NCBI GenBank assembly: GCA_963768055.1
Contig: CAVYGN010000001.1
Coordinates: 704,001 to 768,000 of the forward strand
Direction: 5' to 3'
Origin: an uncultured Spirochaetota bacterium
Lineage (GTDB): Bacteria > Spirochaetota > Brevinematia > Brevinematales > JAOACQ01
DNA: 64,000 bases
The notes under the pieces are model-generated. The model had not been told where the DNA came from and ran no database searches. It was given only the letters and a program-made list of their open reading frames with translations. Below are positions 49,501 to 59,531 of the stretch, in pieces (the first letter of the stretch is position 1; each line of letters begins with the position of its first letter). Made by a program: the position numbers and the translations under genes.

Positions 49501-52500
49501 TCGGATTCCGTTGTGTTGATCTGCTGCAATTCTACCTGCCCGTTCGTCCATGCAAGATCGAATACTCTGTCGGCAAGATTGCGGTCCCTGTACTTTTCCA
49601 TCAATGCGCGTGTGGATTCCCTGCTGCCGCATATTCCGGTAATATAATCGATTGTCGCCGATTCATCGTTTTCCAGTTCAATCCTGCAGCGGATGGAAAC
49701 AATCGGGTCCAGCACAGAACCTTCGCTGCCTGAAAGAGCTTCCCTGGTCTGCATGGCAAGCGGCCTTTCGGGTGTATTACATCTGCCGATAAATTTATTA
49801 CGATCGGTTTCATAGGTAGCGCCTTCGATCGAATTGCCATGAACAGCCATAAGATGCAGCATTATAGGAAAGGCGTCCTTTTCAGACCTGGGCCTCCGGG
49901 TGCAGATAATCGCCTGGTGCGACCTGATAATTTCCGTTTGTACAAACAGGTTGCTGAAACTTTTGTGCGCGTAGTCATTCGCGGGATAGTTCAAAACAAC
50001 TTCCGCATAGCTGGTAAGTTCAATAATGCGCTTGGTGCGAGACCTGTTTGTGATTGTAACCCTGCGTAGTTCTATATCGTCTTCCGGGGAAACAGCTATT
50101 TTCGTATGAGTTTCTATATGATGGTCCCTTCGCTTGAATTCCGCCCACGACCTTGAAAATATCGCCTCATAATTTCCTGATTTCTGCAGGGCCGGCTGGT
50201 ATGCCGAAGACCAGTATTCGCCCGTTTTCATATCGCGCAGATAAAGGAAAGTTCCTTCATTCTCCAAAGCCGTATCTTCGTGCCATCTGGTAATAGCGAT
50301 ATTATTCCAGCTGCTGTAACCGCCTCCGGAATTGGTCACCATGACGCTGTATTTGCCGTTGGATAACAGGTGTATTTCGGGCACAGGGGTATTGGGATTG
50401 GGAAATACACGCAATAAAGCCTCTCTTTCCTCTATTTTTCTGAGTAATCCGGTTACTTCGATATCGTAAAGGAATGGAACATCCTTGGGTACCCGTTCCT
50501 GAAGAAGCAGCTCCGTCGCCTTGAACATCGGGTCTGCCAGAAATCTTCTCTGCATAGGTTTATCCAGCAGGCAATATGCGAGAGCGAGTAAGCTCATCCC
50601 CTGGTGATGCGCCATGAATGACTTGACGACCGCATGTGTTTCATTATGGGCAAGCCTTGAAGGAGTATAATCTATTGCCTCATAAAAACCGTATTCTCCG
50701 TTAAATCCTTCCGTTCTCAAATTTTCAAGGTTTGTGCATGCTTTATCCGGCGTAACCATGAGGGCCAGGGCGGAAGCGTAAGGGGCGACGACCAGATCTT
50801 CGGACAGTCCCCTCTTAAAACCGATATCAGGTATTCCGAATGCGCGGTATTGATAGGCCATAGACGCATCCAGCTTATTATAGCCCGATTCGGAGATACC
50901 CCAGGGTATGTTGTTGCGAAAGGCATAGTCGATCTGGCGGCTTACCATGGTTTTATATGTTTTATTAAGCAGGGTTCCCTCGTAAGATGGCATAACAAGA
51001 AGAGGCATCAGGTATTCGAACATCGATCCGCCCCATGATACCAGAACGGGTTTTCCGCCGGGCTTTGAAAGCAGCCTGCCGAGCATAAACCAATGTTCCT
51101 GGGGCAGCCTCCCCTGGGCAATTGCCACAAAACTGCCGAGCCTGGCTTCGGATGCGAGAAGGTCGTAAAATGAAGGGTCCGGTTTGTGTTCGGCTACATT
51201 GTAACCTATTGAAAGAAGATGCGAGGATCTATTGTACAAAAACTCATATTCCATGACTGACATTTCGCTGCAGATTTGAGCCAGGTCATTAATCAAAACG
51301 ATCCTTGCGCTTGATCTTGCGCCGGCATCCTTAATCGAGGCCCTGAAAGCGGCGAACCATTCATTTCCCTTTATCGATTCGTCATCGTTCAGAATAAAAT
51401 GTTCGAGTATTGAATCTACCAGCGGCAATAATTTAAGCTCCAATCTTGCGGCTTCTCTAAGGGTGGGGATTTCATTAAGGCCTGACAATTCTTCCCTGAA
51501 CCGGGCAAGGCGCTTTTTCTGCTCATCATCCCCTTTGTCCCAAATACCCGGTATTAAAGGCGGTAGAAGGACCCAGGGTGAGTAAAAAGACAGTTCCTCC
51601 AGGCAATCGTAGCACTGTTTTTCAAGAGCCTTTACCCATTTTTTAATTTTTTCAGAGTACTGCAGATCCAGGATAGAGAGAATTTTTGAGATATCGGCTG
51701 TAAGCCCGTTTAAAAGCGGGTAAATTTCAGAAAGGCGGGCAGGCGGGGAATCGATTTTGTCCCTGATATGCTCTATCTCTTCATTTACTATTTTAAATGT
51801 ATCCCCGCGCCCCTTAACGTTTTCATGCAGGATATTCAAGGTATCGCAAAGCCCGTCAAATATCTTCAGGGATAGTATTTTATTCCCGGGTAATTCCAGC
51901 AGCCCGGAACGCAAAACCATGAGATGGCCGGCCATATTTCCGCTGTCGACCGAGGAAATATACAGCGGCTTCAAGGGTTTTATGGTAATTGTATCGTACC
52001 AGTTATAAAAATGCCCCCTGTATTTTTCCATGCCTTTCATTGTATGAAACGTTTTTCCCGTTCTGTCCAGCAGTCTGCCCATGGATATATAACCGAAATC
52101 GTATGCGGCCAGGTTTGATAGAAGGGACAAACCGATATTGGTCGGCGATGTCCTGTGGGCTGCTGCTCCCAGGAACTTTTCCTGGAAATTATCCGGAGGA
52201 AGCCAGTTATCCTGTCCGGTAACGAAGGTTTCGAAAAACCCCCAGGTCCTTCGGGCTATAGTTCTGAGAAAAACAAGCTGTTCTCCTGATAATCCGGCTT
52301 TAATGGCAGAAGGCGTCCCGCTGATGATATATGCGATCGCCGGCGATAAAAGCCATAAAATCGAAATGATAAAAACAAACGCACCGGTATATTTAAACAT
52401 TAAAACTGATACTATTAAAAGAGAAACGGCGGCGACAGGGGAAATAAACATTCTTTTATAAAAACCGATCGGTGATTTCGGCGAATTGTTTTCCGGCTCG

Positions 52501-55211
52501 CCGGATGTGATCCATTCAAGAAGGCGTCTGTGCGATACGGTCAGACGCCATAATGTCGAGATTATAGCGTTTAGAATGAAATAAGCCTCATATGCCATAA
52601 AGACGAACGAAAAACAAAATTGTGTAAAACGAATTCCGGCCGTCCGAACCGATGCCTTACGCGGTTTTTTCATGATTTCAAATAATGACATCAGCAGTCC
52701 GGGCAAACCTGTAAGAATGATTACAGCCGCAGGCCAGCCGGAAAGCAGAAGCAGAAGTGCAGATGCGGGAACCAGGCTTCGCCTCAAATTATCAAGGATC
52801 TTCCATTTTGATAAAAAAGAAAGCGGATTTCTTACATTGTTATGCCCGAAATCCGAAACGAGGGGTAAGAGCCACTTAGCGATCTGCCAATCGCCGCGGA
52901 CCCAGCGGTGCCTGCGTTGTACGTCTTTCAGGTAACCTTCCGGATAATCTTCATACAGCTGAATATCAGAAACAAGGGCGCTGCGTGCATAGCATCCTTC
53001 CAGCAGGTCATGGCTCAATATCAGGTTTTCCGGAAAACGCCCTTCTATGGATTTTTCAAAGGCGTCGATGTCATATAGTCCTTTTCCTATGAAGGAACCC
53101 TCTTGAAACAGGTCCTGGTATACATCCGATACCTCTTTAGTGTAGGGATCGATACCCGATTCACCCCCGTATACTTTAACGAAAGGGGAAGGATTATCCC
53201 CGGGATAGCCTGCCTCTACCCTGGGCTGAAGAATACCGTACCCGGCGGTTATGCGGTGTTTTTTTTCATCGTATACCGGCCTGTTCAGCGGATGCGAAAT
53301 TATTCCCACAAGGTCTCTTGCCGTATTCCGGGGCATCCGTGTATCCGTGTCGATCGTTATAACGTACTTAACATCCTGCAGACGCGAGGGATCGCCGATT
53401 ACAGTGCTGAACCTGGCCGTACCCCCGCCCCTGAGCAGGAAATTCAAATCCGAAAGTTTGCCTCTTTTCCGTTCATAACCCATCCATAATTTTTCCTGTA
53501 CATTCCATTTTCTTGGCCGGTGAAAGAGATAGAAAGTGTTTTCTTTTAGCCGCCTGTATTTTTGATTGAGTTTTTCTATTCCTTCTACAGCCTGTAAAAG
53601 TAATTGTTCGTCTCCGGGAACGGTTTCATGAACAGCATCGTTAAAATCCGTTAATAATGCGAAATCCAGATTGGGATCCGTGTTCGCGAGATAACGGACT
53701 TCAAGGTTTTCAATTAGCGATTCAACCGCCGAGGAGCTGCTGAGAATGGAGGGGACTACAATAAGCGTATGAGCCGATGCAGGTATGCCTTCAGAAAAAT
53801 CCATTTTAGGCAGTTTTTCAGGGGCGGCTAAGAGAGTTGAAATCCAGTTTACCAGGGATACAGCCGCCTGGCTGGCTGTAAACAGCAGCGGCAGGCTGAA
53901 TAAAAAAAGCCATTCCCGGTGCAGGTATCCCGGTTTCCATGGCAGGAACAAAGAGAGTGCCGCCGATGCGAATGTAATAATAAATATCGAGCCTATGTAT
54001 AAGAAGAGAAGCATCCGGGTATTTTTTGTGTGAAATCTCCCATGAGAGAACTTTTCAAGGCCTTTATCGATTAAATAATATCCTATATGTGCGGTGCGGT
54101 CATCAGGGCCTTTCAGGGATTTTGCCTCCTGTGCAGCCTGCACGACACTCGCCGCGATTTCCTCTTCCGTCTGCCCGCTTTGAATGGAAAGTTTTTCGAT
54201 CACATGGCGGTAACGGTCCCGTGTGACAAAAGACATTTTCCCGTAATCTCCGGAAGGGTCCTGTTTTAAAATATTTTCAACAAAGCTTAAATTCTCGACA
54301 AATTCATGCCAATCCACGGTATCCAGAAAGCGCAGGCTAATTATGGTATTTGCGATTGAAACCTGGTCCGCTGCCTGGTTTCTGCTTGTTAATTGAATAA
54401 GACGGTCGATTGTTTCCCCGTTTTCGGAAAGTTTTTTTTCAAGCCAGACAAGAGGAAAGTTTAGAGCGGAAGTCTGGCCCTGAAGCCTTCGCACAAATTC
54501 CGCCACGAAAGAATCCGAAAGCGGAAGGTCGAACTTCGCCATCGCGGCAATCTCGAGAACAATGCCGTCGGTATCTTTAACGGATATATCCAGGATACGG
54601 TTAGCCCAGTAATCCGCCCTGTCGTTGTCTATCTGCGAGCGCACCATGCGGTAGGAAACACGCCTCAAGTTTTCAATTAAAGCCAGCCTTATCATTATGG
54701 GAATGGCCCAGAGTTCCCCCAGCTTCAAATGTACTATCGACTGATATGCGGAAACAAAACCGGTAAGCCATTTTAAATCCACACGGCCGTCCCCATGGGA
54801 CACTATCTCCATGGCAATATCGTAAACCCTGGGATAACCGGCCAGCGGGCCTTTTATCAAAGTCGGCAATTCACGGCTGTAGCCCTTCGGCAGGAACCGC
54901 TGCGCGAGTCTTATCTGCTCTTCGATCAGATAGTAATTATCCAGCAGCCAGTCCCCGGCCGGCGAAACTTTTCTTTTGGCGTTTTCAGCCTCGGCAAGCA
55001 ATTCATTTGCTTTGACGATGATTTCTTCGTTTTCTTTCAGCCGGAAAAGAAGCTTTTCCCGCCCTCTTTTAAATCTGACCGAATGTTTTTCAGCCAGGCT
55101 TGCGGCGTACTGTTCGAATTGGTCCTGGCTGAAAAGCTCCGCCCTGAGCGGCTGTTCGTCAATATACTCCCTCACTGCCGAAAGATCATTTTTAAGAGAT
55201 TTTAGAGACAA
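46548..55211 (-). CDS. ndvB: Cyclic beta-1,2-glucan synthase/phosphorylase (Cgs/NdvB/ChvB type)
   Basis: 2887 aa; WMGYERKRGKL, GKGLYD, SHDLLEG, RRHRWVRGDWQ, WGGSMFEYLMP, GH94-type GFRDQLQD and GDWNDGMN. Confidence 0.9.
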   Translation of the reverse strand: MSLKSLKNDLSAVREYIDEQPLRAELFSQDQFEQYAASLAEKHSVRFKRGREKLLFRLKENEEIIVKANELLAEAENAKRKVSPAGDWLLDNYYLIEEQIRLAQRFLPKGYSRELPTLIKGPLAGYPRVYDIAMEIVSHGDGRVDLKWLTGFVSAYQSIVHLKLGELWAIPIMIRLALIENLRRVSYRMVRSQIDNDRADYWANRILDISVKDTDGIVLEIAAMAKFDLPLSDSFVAEFVRRLQGQTSALNFPLVWLEKKLSENGETIDRLIQLTSRNQAADQVSIANTIISLRFLDTVDWHEFVENLSFVENILKQDPSGDYGKMSFVTRDRYRHVIEKLSIQSGQTEEEIAASVVQAAQEAKSLKGPDDRTAHIGYYLIDKGLEKFSHGRFHTKNTRMLLFLYIGSIFIITFASAALSLFLPWKPGYLHREWLFLFSLPLLFTASQAAVSLVNWISTLLAAPEKLPKMDFSEGIPASAHTLIVVPSILSSSSAVESLIENLEVRYLANTDPNLDFALLTDFNDAVHETVPGDEQLLLQAVEGIEKLNQKYRRLKENTFYLFHRPRKWNVQEKLWMGYERKRGKLSDLNFLLRGGGTARFSTVIGDPSRLQDVKYVITIDTDTRMPRNTARDLVGIISHPLNRPVYDEKKHRITAGYGILQPRVEAGYPGDNPSPFVKVYGGESGIDPYTKEVSDVYQDLFQEGSFIGKGLYDIDAFEKSIEGRFPENLILSHDLLEGCYARSALVSDIQLYEDYPEGYLKDVQRRHRWVRGDWQIAKWLLPLVSDFGHNNVRNPLSFLSKWKILDNLRRSLVPASALLLLLSGWPAAVIILTGLPGLLMSLFEIMKKPRKASVRTAGIRFTQFCFSFVFMAYEAYFILNAIISTLWRLTVSHRRLLEWITSGEPENNSPKSPIGFYKRMFISPVAAVSLLIVSVLMFKYTGAFVFIISILWLLSPAIAYIISGTPSAIKAGLSGEQLVFLRTIARRTWGFFETFVTGQDNWLPPDNFQEKFLGAAAHRTSPTNIGLSLLSNLAAYDFGYISMGRLLDRTGKTFHTMKGMEKYRGHFYNWYDTITIKPLKPLYISSVDSGNMAGHLMVLRSGLLELPGNKILSLKIFDGLCDTLNILHENVKGRGDTFKIVNEEIEHIRDKIDSPPARLSEIYPLLNGLTADISKILSILDLQYSEKIKKWVKALEKQCYDCLEELSFYSPWVLLPPLIPGIWDKGDDEQKKRLARFREELSGLNEIPTLREAARLELKLLPLVDSILEHFILNDDESIKGNEWFAAFRASIKDAGARSSARIVLINDLAQICSEMSVMEYEFLYNRSSHLLSIGYNVAEHKPDPSFYDLLASEARLGSFVAIAQGRLPQEHWFMLGRLLSKPGGKPVLVSWGGSMFEYLMPLLVMPSYEGTLLNKTYKTMVSRQIDYAFRNNIPWGISESGYNKLDASMAYQYRAFGIPDIGFKRGLSEDLVVAPYASALALMVTPDKACTNLENLRTEGFNGEYGFYEAIDYTPSRLAHNETHAVVKSFMAHHQGMSLLALAYCLLDKPMQRRFLADPMFKATELLLQERVPKDVPFLYDIEVTGLLRKIEEREALLRVFPNPNTPVPEIHLLSNGKYSVMVTNSGGGYSSWNNIAITRWHEDTALENEGTFLYLRDMKTGEYWSSAYQPALQKSGNYEAIFSRSWAEFKRRDHHIETHTKIAVSPEDDIELRRVTITNRSRTKRIIELTSYAEVVLNYPANDYAHKSFSNLFVQTEIIRSHQAIICTRRPRSEKDAFPIMLHLMAVHGNSIEGATYETDRNKFIGRCNTPERPLAMQTREALSGSEGSVLDPIVSIRCRIELENDESATIDYITGICGSRESTRALMEKYRDRNLADRVFDLAWTNGQVELQQINTTESEAQLYGRLASAIVYSNPVWRANPAILRQNLRGQSDLWGHGISGDLPIVLVSIEHQENIDLITQMVKAHSFWSLKGLITDLVIWNEDHSVYRDSMSERINGLISAYAEAGSKHQGRIFLRRTDQMSEDDKILLQTATRIVITDKGGTLAEQIEYKAQPRIIRFPFAPGKKSRQPYGTTGEKFGERSDLEYFNGLGGFTHDGREYVITTNLSARTPAPWVNVLANRNFGTIVSESGSAYTWSENAHEYRLTPWKNDPVTDACGEALYLRDEETGFFWSPAPLPAGGKTIYVTRHGFGYSIFEHEEWGIFTELTVFVSLEHPVKFAVLKVKNNSGRKRILSAAAYYELVMGTFRDKFHMHISTEVDPKSGALLAYNPYNKDFTDRIVFLDTNETARFVCGDRIEFIGRNGTMAAPAAMLCERLSGNTGAGLDPCASMQVIFQLDDSYEKEIIFIFGSGKSVDEARGFLQRFNGAESVRRELEAVWEYWKHTLGVVYIETPDNSINFLVNGWLQYQVISCRLWGRSGFYQSGGAYGFRDQLQDCMALMHTNPGMAREQLLTFASRQFIEGDVQHWWHPSSGAGIRTHCSDDYLWLPLVTCLYVNEIGDTGVLEEQAAFLEGPPVKPGDESYFETPKRSGKSGTLYEHCVLAVKKSLNFGIHGLPLMGSGDWNDGMNLVGNKGKGESVWLAFFLYYVLKSMSVLSLNRGDASFSELCLKEADLLSQNIEENAWDGQWYIRAYFDNGEILGSSSNMECQIDSIPQSWAVISGESGAQRAKAAMDQVDRRLVDRKDGLIKLFDPPFDKSANNPGYIMGYVPGVRENGAQYTHAAVWAVIAFALLKDRNRAWELLNLINPVRHSDTPDKCDVYKVEPFVMCGDVYTALPHAGRGGWTWYTGSASWMYQLIVKYLLGIQLKVDRLSFEPCLPEEWNSFKIHYRYRETFYHITIVRAGASDNVVSVAVDGIKREDKFLPLFDDRAEHLAEVVIG

Positions 55212-55305
55212 TAAAAACTCCTTGATCTAAAAAAGTAGTTTCAAGGTCATTATAGCACAGTTCGGTAAGAAAGGAAAAGGGGTGAAGGGGTGGGGGGGTA
55301 GGACA

Positions 55306-55554
55306 TCAGCTTCTCCATAAATAATCTTCGCCTAATTGCGTTAAATAAATAAGGTCGTCCTTCTTTATCTTAATAAAACCTTTAGTTTCAAGGGATTTTA
55401 AAACATTTTCCAGATTTTCATAATTGCTGGGGCTCATATATTTATGCACCTGCCCGGCAATCTCCTTTCTCGATATGCTGTCTTCAGTTATCGACTTATA
55501 ATATCTGAATATCTCTAAAAATTCTTTCTCGGCATTATTTAAATTTTCCGACAT
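55306..55554 (-). CDS. Small winged-helix-like protein
   Basis: LKSLETKGFI..YLTQLG pattern. Confidence 0.55.
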   Translation of the reverse strand: MSENLNNAEKEFLEIFRYYKSITEDSISRKEIAGQVHKYMSPSNYENLENVLKSLETKGFIKIKKDDLIYLTQLGEDYLWRS

Positions 55555-55572
55555 TTTTCGTCTCTTTCGTTA

Positions 55573-57006
55573 TTATAACTTTTGAATTTTTACAGGGAAC
55601 GATATAGTAAATTTAGTCCCGTCGACCGAATTTATCCTGACGGTTCCCTTTAGTTGCAAAATCAGTAAATTTACCATTAATAGCCCGAATGACTGCATGG
55701 TATTGTTCAGGTCGAAACCTGGCGGAAATCCTTTGCCGTCGTCCCGAACAATTAAATTGCAAAGTCCGGTATTTTTATCGGAAAATAATTTTACAAGGAT
55801 TATACCCGCTTCTCCTTCTGCAAAGGCATGTTTGAGACAATTCGATACCAATTCATTGAGAATAAGGCCGCATGGGATCGCATCATCGATGCCGAGATGG
55901 ATATCCTCCGCCTCGATTTTAATCATTATCTCATTCCGCTTGTAACTTGAGCGCAGGTTGCTGATTAGTTTAGGAATAAATATCCCGAAGTTGATGTCGG
56001 CAAAATTAGTGAATTTATATAAGTCATTTTGGATAAGGGCCATTGTTTTTATTCGGCTTATGCTGTCTATAAACAAATCGGCAGCTTCAGGATCCTTCAC
56101 ATATTGTAATTGAGAGTTGAGCATGCTTTGAATAAGCCGCATGTTGTTTCTAATCCGGTGATGTATTTCTTTTAATAGAATTTCTTTTTCTTTAATTGAA
56201 GCTTTTAACTTTTCTTCGGCATTTTTTATTTCAGTCATATCCCTGAACGATTCGACGGCCCCTATGATATTTCCATTAATACCGTATAGAATTGAAGACG
56301 TCTCCCAGATACGAATATTTTTATCTTCCGATATGAGGAACCTGCCGGCGATAAGAATGTCTTCAGTTTTTTGAAAATAGCTGTAATTTTTTTCGATTTC
56401 GTTAAAGGGTTTCAGCATCAGATCAATAAGTAATCGCTTTTCATAACCATAAAACGGCACTTCATTTTCATAATCCCTTTTCCCGATAATATCCTGCGAT
56501 TTTACACCTGATATCTTTTCCAGGGCTTTATTCCATAAATAAACCTTCAAATTGACATCGATTACGAACGTCGGATCGGGAATATTGTTAAGGATATTGA
56601 ATAATAATTCTTCAGAGTGTTTTATGGTTAAATCGTTCAGCTTTTTTTCAGTTATATTTTTAACACAGATAAGCCTGGCCGGTTTGCCCTCCCACGCTGT
56701 TGTTATTGAAATGATTTTAACAAAAACCAGGCGGCCGTTTTTATTTAATATGCGGAAGACCAGATCATCCGGTAATTCTTCTTTATTGGCTATTTTATTC
56801 TGAAAATCAGAGACTTTTTCCCTGTCGTCTATATGAATAAAATCGAAAACGTTTTTATCTTTTACGTCATTTAGAGAATACCCTAAATTCTCGAGCGGTT
56901 TTTGGTTTACATATTCTATTTTATTATCCTGAATAACTATTATGAGATGGGTTGCGTTTTCTAATAATAATTTGTATTGTATATAATTGTTATAGTCCCC
57001 TCCCAT
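55573..57006 (-). CDS. PAS-PAS sensor histidine kinase (HisKA_2 type)
   Basis: EIHHRIRNN, NELVSNCLKHAF, DDGKG, SFGL. Confidence 0.9.
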   Translation of the reverse strand: MGGDYNNYIQYKLLLENATHLIIVIQDNKIEYVNQKPLENLGYSLNDVKDKNVFDFIHIDDREKVSDFQNKIANKEELPDDLVFRILNKNGRLVFVKIISITTAWEGKPARLICVKNITEKKLNDLTIKHSEELLFNILNNIPDPTFVIDVNLKVYLWNKALEKISGVKSQDIIGKRDYENEVPFYGYEKRLLIDLMLKPFNEIEKNYSYFQKTEDILIAGRFLISEDKNIRIWETSSILYGINGNIIGAVESFRDMTEIKNAEEKLKASIKEKEILLKEIHHRIRNNMRLIQSMLNSQLQYVKDPEAADLFIDSISRIKTMALIQNDLYKFTNFADINFGIFIPKLISNLRSSYKRNEIMIKIEAEDIHLGIDDAIPCGLILNELVSNCLKHAFAEGEAGIILVKLFSDKNTGLCNLIVRDDGKGFPPGFDLNNTMQSFGLLMVNLLILQLKGTVRINSVDGTKFTISFPVKIQKL

Positions 57007-57038
57007 ATATTACTCCCTTATCCGGCCTGCCCGGCAGC

Positions 57039-59204
57039 TTACTTTACAGTCATATTGAAAACACAATCCCAGTCGGCGGGAGGCGGATTATTCTTAAAGA
57101 TTATGCAGCGGTCGTAAAATACCTGGCTTGGCCCGTCTTTGTATTTTTCAACATTTTCAATGAATATTGACCTGGCTTCATCCCAATTCCTGTTGCGGTA
57201 GAGTTTAAGGCCTTTTTCAAATTTTTCTTTCAACTCGACTGTTTCCTTATTCATCCTGCTTTTTTCCCCGACAATCTCATATATAGTAATCGGTTCTTTT
57301 TTCCCTTTTACAGTCATCAAATCAATTTCCCTGCACACATATATATTGCGCACCTGATTATAAACGCTTGACGTGATTAGCGATTTTGTTTTGTACTCTT
57401 TATTCGCACCCTCAAGCCTAGCCGCTATATTAACATTGTCTCCAATGCAGGTAAAGTCCATCCTTTCCCTCGCTCCCATGCTTCCGAATATAACCTGGCC
57501 AGAGTTTATACCTATTCCTATATCGATACTCGGCTCGTTGTTCGCTATGCGTTTTTCCTTTTCCGCCCCCATGGCTTTCTGGATTTCCAGGCTCGCTTTG
57601 CAGGCGTTTAACTCCTTGTCCGGACCGTCGAAAACCGACATCACCTCATCGCCCACAAATTTGTCAATGTCTCCTTTATTTTCGAGTATGATCTGTGTCT
57701 GCAGATCCAGGTAATAATTTAAAATCTCCACGACTTCATTGGGTGTCTTACCTTCGCTTATAGTTGTAAATCCGCGAATGTCCGTAAAGACGAAGGCCAG
57801 GTCTTTAATTGCCGAGGTTTTTCCCTCCTTTTCAGAATACTGAAGCGTGGAGGCTGAAATATATGGAATAATACCCTTGATTACCGTTACCATCTTGTTT
57901 ATCTCCAGAGAGAGGGTTTTAAGTTCATCCTGGGAATGGATCATATCTTCATACTTCAGGTTGGATGCCTTGATTTCTTCACTTCCAAGGATCATGTTGG
58001 ATAAAGTTGAGCTGATCTTCCTTGTATTCATCTGGAGGAATAGAATCGGGAAAACAATATTACTTCCGAAAATGAAAATTAAAATTATAGACAGGTAGAT
58101 GAAAAATATTGCCAATATTATAATACGGAACTGGGTCTGGCGGTAAGTTTTAAATATTTCGTCCTGGTTGTATTGAACGACGGAATATCCCAATTTCTTA
58201 TTTCCCATGTAAATAGGGGCGATGATATCATAATTTTTTGTCTGGATGTTATATCGGGTGGTAACATCGCTGATCGCATAATAATCCCATTTCAATGTTT
58301 TACCCACGAGTTTGTCGTCCGTTGATAAAAGGATAACAGACCTGGCGGTCGCTTTATCATTTCCGTACCAGGAGATTGAATTAAAAGGCAGGGTAGACGC
58401 CTTGTTTTTTGCCTCCAGCCTTTTGAAATATGAGTTGACTTCTAAGTTGAGTATTTCCTTTCCTTTTGTTCTGACTTTCAGATTTTCGAGAATATAACCG
58501 GCGCTTTGTTCCGCAAGTACAGTTCCCTCTGCAATAACGGATCCTAAGATAGTCTTTCTGAATTGACTCAGCGATATCGAACTGAGGGATAATATTATGA
58601 CCAGATTTGTAAGGATAAATAATATTAACAGTTTTTGTAAAATTCCCAGCCGGACAGCCTTTTGCTGTAGTTTTATCTGCTGCATAGCGTCGCTCGATCC
58701 CGACAGCGCGATATAACTTTTGTATGACCGGCTTAGATTTCTGGTATTATTGATAATATTGATCGTCTGTATAAAACTGTATATTATCGTCGTTATTATA
58801 ATTACCCTTGTAAAAAGATCTATATCGCGCATTTCTAAATCTTTATTTAAAATAATCAATATTATTAAAAGAAACGCCAGCCCGGAAAAGATGAAATTCA
58901 TAATAAACGACACATAATGATAGGGCTTGAAAAGCCCGGGATATTTTTCCTTCAAAAAGACAGAGGCGATTTTAATTAATAATACGGCCGGAGTTAAAAA
59001 GAGTAACAAAGATGCCGGGAAAAGCCAGAAATAGGGCACCCCTACATTATTCTTAAAACTGTCAATATTAGTAATAATTTTTATTAATTCGATTTTAATA
59101 CCTGTGTTTGCAATAATTATCGGCGCCAGCAGCCAGAATAGGAGCATTGTGAAAAATACAATATCGATTATAAGAAATAACGAAATCTGTTTTTTCCCGT
59201 TCAT
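57039..59204 (-). CDS. Membrane adenylate/guanylate cyclase (class III)
   Basis: FTDIRGFT, DKFVGD, IGDNVNIAARLE, VKGK. Confidence 0.92.
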   Translation of the reverse strand: MNGKKQISLFLIIDIVFFTMLLFWLLAPIIIANTGIKIELIKIITNIDSFKNNVGVPYFWLFPASLLLFLTPAVLLIKIASVFLKEKYPGLFKPYHYVSFIMNFIFSGLAFLLIILIILNKDLEMRDIDLFTRVIIITTIIYSFIQTINIINNTRNLSRSYKSYIALSGSSDAMQQIKLQQKAVRLGILQKLLILFILTNLVIILSLSSISLSQFRKTILGSVIAEGTVLAEQSAGYILENLKVRTKGKEILNLEVNSYFKRLEAKNKASTLPFNSISWYGNDKATARSVILLSTDDKLVGKTLKWDYYAISDVTTRYNIQTKNYDIIAPIYMGNKKLGYSVVQYNQDEIFKTYRQTQFRIIILAIFFIYLSIILIFIFGSNIVFPILFLQMNTRKISSTLSNMILGSEEIKASNLKYEDMIHSQDELKTLSLEINKMVTVIKGIIPYISASTLQYSEKEGKTSAIKDLAFVFTDIRGFTTISEGKTPNEVVEILNYYLDLQTQIILENKGDIDKFVGDEVMSVFDGPDKELNACKASLEIQKAMGAEKEKRIANNEPSIDIGIGINSGQVIFGSMGARERMDFTCIGDNVNIAARLEGANKEYKTKSLITSSVYNQVRNIYVCREIDLMTVKGKKEPITIYEIVGEKSRMNKETVELKEKFEKGLKLYRNRNWDEARSIFIENVEKYKDGPSQVFYDRCIIFKNNPPPADWDCVFNMTVK

Positions 59205-59408
59205 AACTTGCCTCGATCAGGATGATTTATAAACCGTCTGCGATAAACAGATTATTTTTATCAACTTAATATTAATAAAACACCATTATAATGAATTATA
59301 GACCATATTTACAGTTTAGTCAACTAATAAATTGTTTTACTGTAATGAATTATAATCCGCTCATCAATTTTTCAACTGAAAATTTATTTCATTGCCGGAA
59401 AAATAATT

Positions 59409-59442
59409 AAATTTTGATAAATATGCCAATCAGGGATAGAAT
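59409..59442 (+). promoter_or_regulatory. Outlying P module
   Basis: TTGATA (59414)aatatgccaatcaggga-TAGAAT (59437). Confidence 0.65.
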
Positions 59443-59462
59443 CCCGGATATTACCACTGTTA

Positions 59463-59501
59463 AACATTAACCTTGACGTTAATGTTAATGTTAATTATAA
59501 T
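59463..59501 (+). promoter_or_regulatory. Promoter with dyad, probable MerR-family operator
   Basis: aacattaac/gttaatgtt dyad overlapping TTGACG-N17-TATAAT upstream of the MerR gene. Confidence 0.6.
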
Positions 59502-59531
59502 ATTAAAAAATTTACTGAATGAGTAATAAAG

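Noticed and set aside
46951..55230. Many short ORFs overlapping the glucan synthase gene (and likewise the IS and MFS genes)
   Set aside because: Antisense or alternate-frame shadows with no recognisable motifs.
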